This document shows positions 8,279-17,793 of a DNA stretch of 64,000 bases, piece after piece; the first letter of the stretch is position 1; every line of letters begins with the position of its first letter. The notes below the pieces were generated by a model. That model was given only the letters and a program-made list of their open reading frames with translations, ran no database searches and was not told the DNA's origin. Made by a program: the position numbers and the translations under genes. This DNA comes from a virus: positions 1 to 64,000 of the IMG/VR virus record IMGVR_UViG_3300017925_000001; one strand, written 5' to 3'.

Positions 8279-9902
8279 ATGAACCTCCTTTTCCTGAAAT
8301 CTCGCAAATATCTGCCTGCTCCACAAATGTTTCTCCCACATGCTTTACTGCGGTTGTCCACTTTACGGGGTTCAATGGTTGCCCTGAACGGGCTGCCTCA
8401 GGATAAGTAGTTAAGCCACGTAAGCTTGGCAGATACTTAATAAAAGCTTTGCCAAATTTTTGAACAGTGTCTGTACTGTTCAGCTCCGTGCCCCATTGCG
8501 GCAAGTTTATAGTACTTGAGATACCATGATCAACATACTTTTGAACATGTGCTTGGAAGTTTAAACGTCTTTCAACGTCTTCGGCTAGCACATAGGCGTC
8601 TTCAACATCTTCCGGGTTTAATCCTCCTTCTTCTATGAGTCGCTTAGCGGTAGGATCAAGGACATACTGATAGTGCCACACACTGCCTTTAAGGTAACGT
8701 CTTTTGTACGCAGCACAGAATATAGGTTCAATTCCCGTGGAAGTTTCTCCAAGTATTCCTATGCTACCTGTGGGGGCAATAGCGCGTGTCTTTATTGGGT
8801 GTGATAAGTCCCATTGATTAGCATAGTGAGCGGAATGCTTTCCGCTTTCTGCATACACCTCCAAGTATTTATCCAGTTCAATATCTGGTCCATACCTTTT
8901 TCCGTTCAACAGAAGCCATTCGTGTATACCCATCAGGCCTAATCCCAACCTACGGTTCTTAGTTCTGATCATATCTACCTTAGCATATGGTACATCGCTG
9001 TACACGGTTCCTGCCAAGAGGAACGCAGTGGCACACTCTACTACGGCCTTCATATTTTCCAAGTTACTTATACGTGCCAGATTAACTGATCCCAAATTAC
9101 ATACATCAGAGTCGTCTTCACTGGTTAATTCGCAGCATGCGTTACGAAGTGTCTCCTTCTTATTCTTTCCTAGGTCTATGCTAAATCCAGGCTCACTTGT
9201 CTTGAGCATTCTCTCTACAGCGGCCCAATATACCATGTTAGCCTGAGAGTTCTTTGGATGTTTATCATCAGCGAATGCAGCAAAGAATTCATCGTCTAAT
9301 AAAACACTGATGTTAGTGCCGTCCATCGTAGCCGGAAAATTAAAATCCTTAGACTTTAATTCTCTGACTTCTGGAATCCAATCCTTCATGTGGATGAATT
9401 TTTGTATATCCCCATGAGACCAGGAGAGTCCTGCCCACAGCGCCGAGCGACGAGATCCGCCCTGCATTACTCCTCTCCCAATCTCATTACCCATCTGCAT
9501 AGCGGCCAACGGCCCCGTAGCATACCCTCCGGTTTTTCTGATTATCTTACCTTCAGCTCTAACCGCAGAGTAATCTGTGCCTATTCCTGCACCGGTCATA
9601 AGTCCCATAGTAAGTTTCTGCATTAGCTCTGACCAGCCCTCTCTACTATCTACAGCTTTCAACAAGAGACAATTGTTCACCATATGAAAGGGTCGCCCCG
9701 TGGCATACAGATACCGCCCTCCGGGGATAAATTTCCGGTCAATGACATACTGCGTTGTCTGATCGACTAGGCTCTTAGGGGCATTCACTGCTTTGAACAC
9801 TGTCTTAACCACTCGATGGGCAAGCTCTGCCCAAGTTTCGCCATCCTGGGCATACTTCTGACGTAGGACGGTCTCTGCAAACACTGACATCTTATCTTTC
9901 AC
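8268..9902 (-). CDS. nrdJ: Ribonucleotide reductase, class II (B12-dependent)
   Basis: PGGR, NC, RRSA, NACCE, CNLGS, IAPTG, STGIEP and a C-terminal Cys pair; no beta subunit nearby. Confidence 0.9.
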   Translation of the reverse strand: MKDKMSVFAETVLRQKYAQDGETWAELAHRVVKTVFKAVNAPKSLVDQTTQYVIDRKFIPGGRYLYATGRPFHMVNNCLLLKAVDSREGWSELMQKLTMGLMTGAGIGTDYSAVRAEGKIIRKTGGYATGPLAAMQMGNEIGRGVMQGGSRRSALWAGLSWSHGDIQKFIHMKDWIPEVRELKSKDFNFPATMDGTNISVLLDDEFFAAFADDKHPKNSQANMVYWAAVERMLKTSEPGFSIDLGKNKKETLRNACCELTSEDDSDVCNLGSVNLARISNLENMKAVVECATAFLLAGTVYSDVPYAKVDMIRTKNRRLGLGLMGIHEWLLLNGKRYGPDIELDKYLEVYAESGKHSAHYANQWDLSHPIKTRAIAPTGSIGILGETSTGIEPIFCAAYKRRYLKGSVWHYQYVLDPTAKRLIEEGGLNPEDVEDAYVLAEDVERRLNFQAHVQKYVDHGISSTINLPQWGTELNSTDTVQKFGKAFIKYLPSLRGLTTYPEAARSGQPLNPVKWTTAVKHVGETFVEQADICEISGKGGSCGS

Positions 9903-10037
9903 TTACTTTTTCCTCTTCTTTTTTCTCAAAGTTTTTACTACAATCCATTTTATGCCAACGGTAAATACCACTTGTTACACCATTACATTCTTGGCATCGT
10001 GTTGGGTTGTCCATAGGTCTGCCACCTTCCATGTCAT

Positions 10038-10193
10038 TCATTGTTCTTCTCTTCCTTCCTCGAAATCATGGAGGATATAAAACTCATGTTGAGCAGGACA
10101 TTCATAAGCCTGCATTAAATTCTGCATGAGGCCCCTAGGGAAAGCTTGTGCTGGACACCAGGGGCACGTTAAGTGAGTTGGTATTTTCTCCAT
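10038..10193 (-). CDS. Small Zn-binding hypothetical protein
   Basis: CPWC...CPAQH; SD AAGGAG. Confidence 0.55.
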   Translation of the reverse strand: MEKIPTHLTCPWCPAQAFPRGLMQNLMQAYECPAQHEFYILHDFEEGREEQ

Positions 10194-10203
10194 TAGATCT
10201 CCT

Positions 10204-12666
10204 TTACTTTTGCCACCTATCTGCAATGTGGTAGTCGGATTCCATCACCACGCTCTTCATCGTTTCTGCGGCAGCGCGACGAAAACAGTCCGCTACGCAT
10301 TCTGCTACTTCTTTAGCATGGCGCTTGGGAGCTTGCAAAACTAGCTCGTCATGCACCATGGAAAGAAGCTTCCCTTTGTACTGAGGTAGAAGGTGCCAAA
10401 GATAAGGTTTTCCATGAGCATCAAATCCTGCCCCCATACTTCTTTTTATTATAGATGCGTTGCTGCCCTGCACACAATGGTTCTTACCACGCCTACCAAT
10501 ACTCCCCCAAAGACCTCGCATCGCTTGTTTGATCTCATATTCATTAGGCTCTCGGTGAGTAAGCTTGTATTTCTCCTCTTCCGTTGGAGTACGCAAATAT
10601 GCAGCGGAGAAGTTGAAGAGGTTTGTTTTCTGAGTTTCTTCTTCTAATTCTAGCCGATCTGCATGTTCGTCCTTGTAATACTCTCTAGATGACTCCCAAG
10701 TAGGAGCAGGCAATAAGCGTCTGCGTCCATACAAGTCCCGGGCTTCATTCAAACGCTGCGCACGTTCTCCGCTTTCTCGAAGGTAATTCCAGATATCAGG
10801 GAACTTCTCCTCATGCAGCTTCATCAAACCCTTTGCTGCGTCTATAGTTATTCCCAAAGCGTCTGCAAGTGCGTTTGGTCCTGCGCCATAGCACAACCCA
10901 AAGTTCAAAGCCTTTGACTGATCTCTCAACTTCTTGTGCTCAGGGCAAGAACATTTCAATCTTTTCGCTTCTCCTTTCTCATCTTTTTCGTAGTACTTAC
11001 ATTCAGGCAGTGCTAGGGTTGGCCATCGTTCTGGATAGAGTATTTCGGTACAAACCGAATGGACATCCCAGTTAGAATTGAAAGCATTGATCCACGATGT
11101 AGCCTGGGCTAACTCTGCAATGATTCGGAGTTCAGCTCCACTCATGTCGATTGTGATCAGCTGATAACCTTCAGGCTCTTCTTCATTTGGTGGGTCACAG
11201 ACAAAGCAAGCACGCACTTCCTCTTCGTGCGGAAGGTTCTGCATATTAGGTTGACTGCTGCTGGATCGACCCGTCTCGGCTTCTAGTTGATTGAACCTAG
11301 CATGTATGCGACCGTCTAACGGGTGGACCCAACCTTCAGCAGCGCAAGGCTTCGTCACCCAAGTTTGTGTCCAAGATTTTCCGTAGGTAGTCGTATCTTT
11401 CTTTCCTTTGCGATATTTGCGCAAGACTTGAATAAAGGGATGGTCATTGAATTTAAGCAAGTCTTCATCTGCAGCACTTGCCAAAGTCTTCAAGCCTTTG
11501 ATCTGCCGCAACGCTGTAACCAACTGTTCGTTGGAAGCGTAGTTGATGTAGGCTTCGCCTTCGCACTTCTCAACTCTCTTCTTGTACTCGGTATATTTCT
11601 TGCTGAGTTCAGAATATTCGCGGCGTGCCTGAGCTTTCTTTTCTTTTCTAATTTTGGTCAAAGCATTCAATTCTGCGCGCAACACGGCCTTCTGGGCATT
11701 ATCCCGCGTAGCACGAATTGCTTCAGCCTTGGCCATCTCTTCAGGCGTAGATTCTTCGAACCCAATACGCCATATATTTTCGAGACGGGTCATCTCCTCG
11801 AAGTCTATCTGTTCGGACTTTCGGCCAACAACTTTGATGAATTCCTGGTCAAGAACTGCTAGCTCGCCTTTGCGACGATTTTCAACGTCTATGATACGCT
11901 TCATCCAACGCTCACTAGCGAGACGCATGCCGTTCAGTTGCATGTCTTCAAAGGAACCCAACGCATCATTTTCGATTTGCGCAGTGGCAAGCAGTTGTTC
12001 CTGCGTCATCTCATTGATCTGATGCTCGCGCATCGAGAGAGGCATGCGCGTATCGAACGCGGCATATGCAATCTGCTCAGGGCGCAACGGGGATTCCAGA
12101 TCGAACTTGTCCTGCTCCTGTTTGTCGATCCATAATCCGAAGCGTCGAGCAACAATCTGTTGCATCGAGAACTCAGCCATCTTTTTCAAACTGATGCGAC
12201 CAGCTTGAATGACGCGCTCTGCGAGATCTGTGGAGTAGAGATGCCAGATGCGCACACCGAAGCTCCAGAAGAGAACGCAGTATTCGAAGGAGAGGTTCTG
12301 TCCCACCTTCAAACACTGGTTAGAACACAATGCTGGAATGAGAATATCGAAGATGGGTTTGAAGCAGTCGAGCATTCGGAAGTTGCCCTGCTTGCAGAGC
12401 GTATCCGTGGAGCCAGCGAATGCGAGCAGATCAATGACGAACTGTTGATTCTTGTCTCCCACTTGAATCGTACGAACTTTTCGGCTGGAGAACTCGTTAC
12501 ACCAGTTGGTCTCTGTGTCCAAACCAAACATCCTACGCTCGGCAAGTTTCTTTGCAATGAAACTCGACAACTCAGGGAGTCCAGAAGTGGGCGTCACGAG
12601 CGTGATGTTCATTGGCGGCTGGAGTTCTGTCAGCACCAAAGGTTTCAGCAAAGTTCCATCAATCAT
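10204..12666 (-). CDS. polA: DNA polymerase family A with 3'-5' exonuclease
   Basis: ExoI LDTET, TGRSSSSQPNMQN, motif A DMSGAELR, motif B RDQSKALNFG, motif C VHDE. Confidence 0.96.
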   Translation of the reverse strand: MIDGTLLKPLVLTELQPPMNITLVTPTSGLPELSSFIAKKLAERRMFGLDTETNWCNEFSSRKVRTIQVGDKNQQFVIDLLAFAGSTDTLCKQGNFRMLDCFKPIFDILIPALCSNQCLKVGQNLSFEYCVLFWSFGVRIWHLYSTDLAERVIQAGRISLKKMAEFSMQQIVARRFGLWIDKQEQDKFDLESPLRPEQIAYAAFDTRMPLSMREHQINEMTQEQLLATAQIENDALGSFEDMQLNGMRLASERWMKRIIDVENRRKGELAVLDQEFIKVVGRKSEQIDFEEMTRLENIWRIGFEESTPEEMAKAEAIRATRDNAQKAVLRAELNALTKIRKEKKAQARREYSELSKKYTEYKKRVEKCEGEAYINYASNEQLVTALRQIKGLKTLASAADEDLLKFNDHPFIQVLRKYRKGKKDTTTYGKSWTQTWVTKPCAAEGWVHPLDGRIHARFNQLEAETGRSSSSQPNMQNLPHEEEVRACFVCDPPNEEEPEGYQLITIDMSGAELRIIAELAQATSWINAFNSNWDVHSVCTEILYPERWPTLALPECKYYEKDEKGEAKRLKCSCPEHKKLRDQSKALNFGLCYGAGPNALADALGITIDAAKGLMKLHEEKFPDIWNYLRESGERAQRLNEARDLYGRRRLLPAPTWESSREYYKDEHADRLELEEETQKTNLFNFSAAYLRTPTEEEKYKLTHREPNEYEIKQAMRGLWGSIGRRGKNHCVQGSNASIIKRSMGAGFDAHGKPYLWHLLPQYKGKLLSMVHDELVLQAPKRHAKEVAECVADCFRRAAAETMKSVVMESDYHIADRWQK

Positions 12667-12916
12667 GCAATCTCCCTATTTGTCCACTTGTACCTCCGAG
12701 GGACAAGTCCCTCCAGAAAGCTCGTTTGCCTACATTTTTCCTGCGCAACTTGCGCATCTCTTTTTCACAGCGGGCGATCTGCTCTTCTCCGAAAGCTCTT
12801 TTCTTGGCTGCATCGGGCTGGCCGGTCTTTACTTCCGCGACGGCGCGCCTCCAGATCGAAAGCTCCTGTCCAAGCTTCTGGCGGGCCTTGCTGACCCCAT
12901 CGGGTGTCCTTTTCAT
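12659..12916 (-). CDS. Hypothetical basic protein
   Basis: First ORF after the leftward promoter; overlaps the polA start. Confidence 0.6.
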   Translation of the reverse strand: MKRTPDGVSKARQKLGQELSIWRRAVAEVKTGQPDAAKKRAFGEEQIARCEKEMRKLRRKNVGKRAFWRDLSLGGTSGQIGRLHD

Positions 12917-12926
12917 GCCCTTATCC

Positions 12927-13145
12927 TAACTTGTTGATTTATATAGACGGTAGTCTAAGTTGTTGATAATAAAGAAACTGAGTTTTGAATTTATAAGTCC
13001 TTTGTTTTCTTTATCGTTTTCCCCAGTTGTTCGTAAGTTATTGATTCTTATATTTCTTCTGTATATCCCTAGTTTGCCCTTTGCCTACAGATCTAGTATA
13101 GTCTTTTTTTTTACTTATGTCAACATAATTCGTAAGTTGTTGAAA
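12927..13145 (+). repeat. Five TAAGTTGTTGA-like direct repeats in an AT-rich divergent region
   Basis: Copies at 12927, 12956, 12994, 13034 and 13133. Confidence 0.75.
13095..13123 (-). promoter_or_regulatory. Leftward sigma70 promoter for the replication operon
   Basis: TTGACA-17 nt-TATACT on the minus strand. Confidence 0.8.
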
Positions 13146-13179
13146 ATTGGATGCTAGGAAATTTTTACACACTTTTCCC

Positions 13180-13209
13180 TTGACAAGTGGTCTACCTCCA
13201 TGATATAAT
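13180..13209 (+). promoter_or_regulatory. Rightward sigma70 promoter
   Basis: TTGACA-18 nt-TATAAT with TG extension; shares the upstream AAATTTT..TACACAC...CCCTTGACAA context with the 3320 promoter. Confidence 0.85.
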
Positions 13210-13225
13210 TATATTAGATCGAAAT

Positions 13226-13275
13226 TAGTGGGTAGGTGCCTCATACACCTGCCCACACCCTTATGAGGAGGGTTT
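13226..13275 (+). promoter_or_regulatory. SD-sequestering pseudoknot leader, copy A (lacks hairpin 1)
   Basis: Stem GTGGGTAGGTG/CACCTGCCCAC; loop CCTCATA pairs with TATGAGG at the SD. Confidence 0.85.
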
Positions 13276-13602
13276 ATGGAAAAACTACACGAAGAACAGC
13301 GAGCAATGAAAAAGCGCTGGCAGCTCACCAAAACTGAAAGAGTTTGGAATGCACAGCATTCTATGAAGACATACTTCATTCAAGGTGCTTCTACTGGGTT
13401 GATAAAGATAGGCAAGACCGCAGGATCAGTTAAAAAGCGCTGTGACGACTTGCAGGTAGGCAGTCCTGATAACCTTCGCGTGCTGAAAAGTGTGAAGAGA
13501 GACATTGAGAGGGGTCTTCATAAGAGTTTTGCATACCTCAGGACACACGGAGAGTGGTTTCGTCCTGCACCAGAACTTCTGAGATTTATAAGCAAGTTGT
13601 AG
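13276..13602 (+). CDS. GIY-YIG nuclease (T5orf172/MUG113-like)
   Basis: YFIQ...IKIGKT...KR...LQVGSP...E..LH..F...GEWF. Confidence 0.88.
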   Translation: MEKLHEEQRAMKKRWQLTKTERVWNAQHSMKTYFIQGASTGLIKIGKTAGSVKKRCDDLQVGSPDNLRVLKSVKRDIERGLHKSFAYLRTHGEWFRPAPELLRFISKL

Positions 13603-13606
13603 TAGC

Positions 13607-13860
13607 AACCCACTGGAGTTGAGCCCCGCGTCTCTCCTTTCGCGCAATCTGTGCGCTCCTCCAGTGGGAAGAGAAATTGGGCCTAGTTTCCCAAGCGAAA
13701 CAGAGCGGACAACCAACCGCTCTAGCCCATAGAGTTTGTTTCGCTGATTCTGCCGCGACAAGCCAGATCAGGTAACAACGTGCAACTGCCCACGATACTA
13801 GGCAGCATTGGCCCGAGCGTGGTCAGCCCTAAGAAGCCCCACGCTCGCCCGCCGAAGTCC
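13607..13860 (+). ncRNA. Candidate structured non-coding RNA
   Basis: Helices CCCACTGGAG/CTCCAGTGGG, AGCGAAACA/TGTTTCGCT, AGAGCGG/CCGCTCT and CGAGCGTGG/CCACGCTCG. Confidence 0.5.
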
Positions 13861-13895
13861 CATGTCAAGCTGTTAGGTAATTTTTGGAGGCAGCG

Positions 13896-14066
13896 ATGGT
13901 TGTCATTCTCGTACTAGGTACGTTCATTGTATTTCTTGCGATTGATGCAGTTCGATCTCGCGTTCGTGTTCCGCGTGGCACGATGTTCACCACGCCAGGA
14001 TTTGAAATGCTGGGAGCATTAGCCCAGGATGGTGGGACGGAAGTAGAAGCAGATTATGAGATTTAA
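13896..14066 (+). CDS. Small single-pass membrane protein
   Basis: SD GGAGG; hydrophobic N-terminus, LAQDGG motif. Confidence 0.7.
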   Translation: MVVILVLGTFIVFLAIDAVRSRVRVPRGTMFTTPGFEMLGALAQDGGTEVEADYEI

Positions 14067-14141
14067 GCCATTGTAGCTTAAGCGGAAAAGCCCTCACTTG
14101 TAATGAGGAAGTTGGGTTTTCAACTAACCCCGATGGCTCCA
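14067..14141 (+). tRNA. tRNA-Thr(UGU)
   Basis: Acceptor GCCATTG/CGATGGC, anticodon arm CCTCA-CTTGTAA-TGAGG, T-loop TTCAACT, encoded CCA. Confidence 0.85.
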
Positions 14142-14226
14142 GTTTTTAAGCTCGCATCCTCGTGGATACTAGATACACATCTTGTTGATTACAAGGTTGA
14201 AGATAAAGCGAGCTAAGTTTTAGTGT

Positions 14227-14299
14227 AGCGGGGAAGTGAATAGGATCACGAGAGGGCTCATAACCCTTAAATCCGGTTCGAGTCCGGCGACCGCTACCA
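14227..14299 (+). tRNA. tRNA-Met(CAU), initiator-like, imperfect acceptor stem
   Basis: GAGGG-CTCATAA-CCCTT arm with three G-C pairs, TTCGAGT loop, CCA. Confidence 0.75.
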
Positions 14300-14300
14300 A

Positions 14301-14572
14301 AGTTTCGCCCGTAGGTCGCTCAGCGACCCGCGAGGAGACGCTAAGCGACTCCGTGGCGAAAGAAAGACTCACCCAAGTAAACGCAGGCCGGATTCGAGCC
14401 GGAAACTTGTGCTGGTTTGAGACTGTGCAATGCGATATGCACAAACGCCACCTGGGGCAAACCAGGATAGTAGGCCGGTCGCGTGCCTTGGTGAGTTGAT
14501 ATCGCACCAGAATGTGGCGACATAGGGGTCTTTAGGAAGCTTTCGTCCCTCGTACGAAATGAAAGCTCCAGC
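14301..14572 (+). ncRNA. Candidate structured RNA between tRNAs
   Basis: TTTCGCC/GGCGAAA three-way junction; long-range ACTCACC(C)AAG/CTTGGTGAGT helix. Confidence 0.45.
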
Positions 14573-14580
14573 TTTTATAT

Positions 14581-14655
14581 GGGCGATTGGCGTAATCGGG
14601 AACGCACGAGGTCTGCAACCTTGAGTCGTCAGATCGTAACTGGCATCGTCCACCA
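14581..14655 (+). tRNA. tRNA-Ala(UGC), non-canonical loops
   Basis: G3.U70 and A73 identity elements, anticodon loop TC-TGC-AA, T-loop ATCGTAA, CCA. Confidence 0.7.
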
Positions 14656-14678
14656 AGTTCATACATAACTAATACCAG

Positions 14679-14704
14679 AAGCTGCCTAACCGGCAGCTTT
14701 TTTT
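14679..14704 (+). terminator. Rho-independent terminator
   Basis: AAGCTGCC/GGCAGCTT stem plus T-tract. Confidence 0.85.
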
Positions 14705-14755
14705 GTGCTCGAAATACCCGAATGCGGCATAGTCGCTGTGGGCTTTGGAGCAAAT

Positions 14756-15130
14756 ATGCGCAGCGATAAGGTTCTTAAATCTTGGTACCGAAAAATTAAC
14801 CACAAATTTTTTGACAATCAACTCACAGATAACGTTTGCGTCCGTTGGGCAAACGAAGATGACGATGGGGACACACTAAGGTGGGAAGAAAAATTTTTCG
14901 GGTGGTGTGACAAGGCGGGGGATGGCTACCACGAGTACGTTATAGTTCTCAGTAAGAAGATGAATAAGCCTATATCCAGTAGACTCTTGACCCTTTCTCA
15001 CGAAATGTGCCATGTAGCATCTGAGCTTAAAGATCAGCATGGCCCAGCCTTCGAATATTGGAGGCAGTACATCGCAGATCGAGGCATTTTTAAGAAGCAC
15101 GCGCTGGTGAAGAACCTAACGATTTTTTAG
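14756..15130 (+). CDS. SprT-like zinc metalloprotease domain protein
   Basis: INHKFFDNQL; TLSHEMCH...HGPAF. Confidence 0.85.
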   Translation: MRSDKVLKSWYRKINHKFFDNQLTDNVCVRWANEDDDGDTLRWEEKFFGWCDKAGDGYHEYVIVLSKKMNKPISSRLLTLSHEMCHVASELKDQHGPAFEYWRQYIADRGIFKKHALVKNLTIF

Positions 15131-15160
15131 TTGTAAAATTAAAACGAGGAGACTCAGAGT

Positions 15161-15511
15161 ATGTCCGTTGAAGGTGTGGTTGAAGAAGTGAAGCAGGAGG
15201 TCGTAAAAGTGGCTGCCGAAGTTAAGGCAGAGGTTGAGAAGGTTGTTGAGGCAGTGAAGCCCGAGGTTAAGAAACTCGTTCAAGAACTGACTGCTGAGGA
15301 AAAACTAGCTTTGCGTGAGATTGAAAATGCTTACCTGAAGGCCCAGATGGAAATTCAACGCATTCAGCCTATTATTCAGAAGGCTCAGCAAGATTTCACG
15401 AAGACTGTTGAAGGCCTCGTTACCAAATATGCTGTGGACCCGGCAGAGTGGGCGTTCGATAATGTAAAGCTTATTTTTACAAAGAAACCCGCAGCGCCTG
15501 CACAGAAGTAA
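15161..15511 (+). CDS. Hypothetical coiled-coil protein
   Basis: SD GAGGAG plus GACTCA box. Confidence 0.75.
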   Translation: MSVEGVVEEVKQEVVKVAAEVKAEVEKVVEAVKPEVKKLVQELTAEEKLALREIENAYLKAQMEIQRIQPIIQKAQQDFTKTVEGLVTKYAVDPAEWAFDNVKLIFTKKPAAPAQK

Positions 15512-15521
15512 GGAGCCAGAG

Positions 15522-16118
15522 ATGGCAGAAGACTCAGAAAATAACTCGGGGCCTCTGGAAAAGAAACCAGAGGTCACCGAAGAATTAGTGTTGCACGCTA
15601 AATCACAAGACTTTGTAAAAGCAAATCGAAAGAAGAATGGACAATTTGCTAAAAAAGACCGGGCAATGCCTTCGTCTCTCGAAGTAACACGCCTCATGCG
15701 TACGTTGTTGAATCAGGCAGAAGCTGGGCCTGATGGACATATCATGAAGGGCGCACATTCGCGCTTTCGAAAGATGTTCGACAAGATCTTCGAAATCGCT
15801 ACTTGCGGATTTGAGCAACCTGCTAAGGACAAGCACGGGAATGTCATCATGATGCCCGATGGCAAACCTCTCACATACAAGGATGCGAAGATGGCTATGG
15901 CATCGGTCCAGGCCTTTAAGGAACTAATGTTGCGGGCCCATGGAGAGGCACCTAAGAATGATGCTGAGCTTGAAGCTCTGCAGCAGCATGGCGTGCGCAT
16001 AGTCGTGATTCAGCCTCCAGCAGAGATGATGAACCGTGATGTTATAGAGGATGCCCCGCGTCCAGCATTGAAGCCCGCCTTCATAGAGGGGGAGTTTGTA
16101 ACCGACGATAAAAAGTAA
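15522..16118 (+). CDS. Probable terminase small subunit
   Basis: Immediately upstream of TerL; NGQFAK N-terminal motif. Confidence 0.6.
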   Translation: MAEDSENNSGPLEKKPEVTEELVLHAKSQDFVKANRKKNGQFAKKDRAMPSSLEVTRLMRTLLNQAEAGPDGHIMKGAHSRFRKMFDKIFEIATCGFEQPAKDKHGNVIMMPDGKPLTYKDAKMAMASVQAFKELMLRAHGEAPKNDAELEALQQHGVRIVVIQPPAEMMNRDVIEDAPRPALKPAFIEGEFVTDDKK

Positions 16119-16127
16119 GGACTCAGC

Positions 16128-17792
16128 ATGCCAAGAATAAAACGAACTGAAGTAAAAGAACGACCAGCGTATCTTAGTCCTGACGGCACTATTGACCTTA
16201 GAAAGATATTTCAACTCCAGCCAAAACAGACGGAACTCTTGCAGATGCGTACGAGAGACGGAGTTCCTTATATCATGACGGTTGCTCCTCAATGTCTGAG
16301 TGTTGGAGGTTTCCGATCAGGTAAAACTGTAGGGTGGTTGATGTACTTCATCGAAAACTATTCTTTGGCGTATGAAAATTGTGACATACTTGTTCTTCGT
16401 AGAACATTTAAGGAATTAGAGGCAGGCTGTATAAAGGACTTCCTTACGTTTGTCCCAGCAGAGTTGTTTACTTATGATCAAACTAAGCACACTGCTACAA
16501 TGATAAATGGTTCACGCGTTGTGTTTGGTCATTGCAATAATAATAAAATGCGAGACATTGACCAATATCTGGGCACAAGCTATAGCGCGATCCTTGTTGA
16601 CGAGTGCGGTCAATTTTCTCCAGATGCTTGGGGCATGCTTTACTCAAGAAACATTGTAAGTGGTGCTTGTATACCTAATAAACACGGTCATCTTCCTATC
16701 CCAGTGATAGTTGGAGCAACCAACCCTCTTGGTCCTTATTACGAATATTATCGTACGGTGTTTGTGCAGAAGGAACCTTGGGAACGTCCTGAGGGCGCTA
16801 AGCGCGATGCTAATGGTGCATGGTGGGTGGAGTCTAATGGAGAGTTGCTGAACGTATACGACCCACGTTTGTATGCCTATCAGCGCTCAACCGCGATGGA
16901 TAACCCAGAATTCCTTAAGAGGGACCCGGGATTCCTAGCGCGTATGAACAGTTTGCCCAAGGCACAGCGTGACAAAAAACTGTTGGGCCTTGATGGAGCA
17001 GTCGAGGGGCAGTACTTCACCAACTTTGATCCTTATGAACATGTGATAGACCTTCGTGAAGATCCCGATGCTATCATTTTTGAACCGTGGCAGAAAGTGT
17101 GGGCGGGAAGTGACTGGGGGATTGGTCACGCTTGCGCTGCACACATGTTTACTAAGGCTTTGGTAAAAACTTCTAGCGGGGATTATCGACAAAAAGTAGT
17201 GTGCTTCAAAGAGCAAGTAACCACAGGGGGAAAAACACACAAAGAATGGGCGTTGTTGTTTAGTAAGATGTGTAAACTTCCAAACGGTGTAGAAGTTAAA
17301 CCTTCTTCTATTTTCTTTAGTCATGAGAAGTTTTCTAGACAAGTTAGCGCGCATACACCTGCAGACGAGTATTCAAAAGAACTTAAGACATATGGATTAC
17401 CCGCTGTAACTCGTGCTACGCAGGATCGCATAGGATCTGCGTCATTGATGTACAACATGTTATCTAATGGGGAATTGGTGATACTTGACACATGCAAGGA
17501 TATTATCAATGCGATTCCTTCGTTAATGCGTGATCCTGATAATATTGATGATGTACTTAAAGTAGATACACGCGGAGATGATGTTTACGATTCGTTTAGG
17601 TATGGACTGTTTGGACAGCTTGGCACAAGAAAAAGACCTGCAGAAATAGCTATTCAAGAACATGCAAAGGAGCTTGATCCCTTGGCGCGACATTTTTATT
17701 TGATGAAAATGGCTCACGACAAATCAAATTCTAACGAACCTTTTGTTCAGAAGAGTGTGCCTATTTGGCAAGGTAAATGTGGTTTAGCATAA
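16128..17792 (+). CDS. terL: Terminase large subunit
   Basis: Walker A GGFRSGKT, Walker B ILVDE, ATNP motif, nuclease DWG...DDVYDSFRY. Confidence 0.95.
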   Translation: MPRIKRTEVKERPAYLSPDGTIDLRKIFQLQPKQTELLQMRTRDGVPYIMTVAPQCLSVGGFRSGKTVGWLMYFIENYSLAYENCDILVLRRTFKELEAGCIKDFLTFVPAELFTYDQTKHTATMINGSRVVFGHCNNNKMRDIDQYLGTSYSAILVDECGQFSPDAWGMLYSRNIVSGACIPNKHGHLPIPVIVGATNPLGPYYEYYRTVFVQKEPWERPEGAKRDANGAWWVESNGELLNVYDPRLYAYQRSTAMDNPEFLKRDPGFLARMNSLPKAQRDKKLLGLDGAVEGQYFTNFDPYEHVIDLREDPDAIIFEPWQKVWAGSDWGIGHACAAHMFTKALVKTSSGDYRQKVVCFKEQVTTGGKTHKEWALLFSKMCKLPNGVEVKPSSIFFSHEKFSRQVSAHTPADEYSKELKTYGLPAVTRATQDRIGSASLMYNMLSNGELVILDTCKDIINAIPSLMRDPDNIDDVLKVDTRGDDVYDSFRYGLFGQLGTRKRPAEIAIQEHAKELDPLARHFYLMKMAHDKSNSNEPFVQKSVPIWQGKCGLA

Positions 17793-17793
17793 G

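Noticed and set aside
14581-14655. tRNA-Cys(GCA) call
   Set aside because: A 7-nt loop centres on TGC, and G3.U70 with A73 indicates Ala; Cys requires U73.
8268-17792. Inteins or introns in nrdJ, polA or terL
   Set aside because: The ORFs are continuous and of normal length, and no intein C/S...HN boundary motifs were seen.
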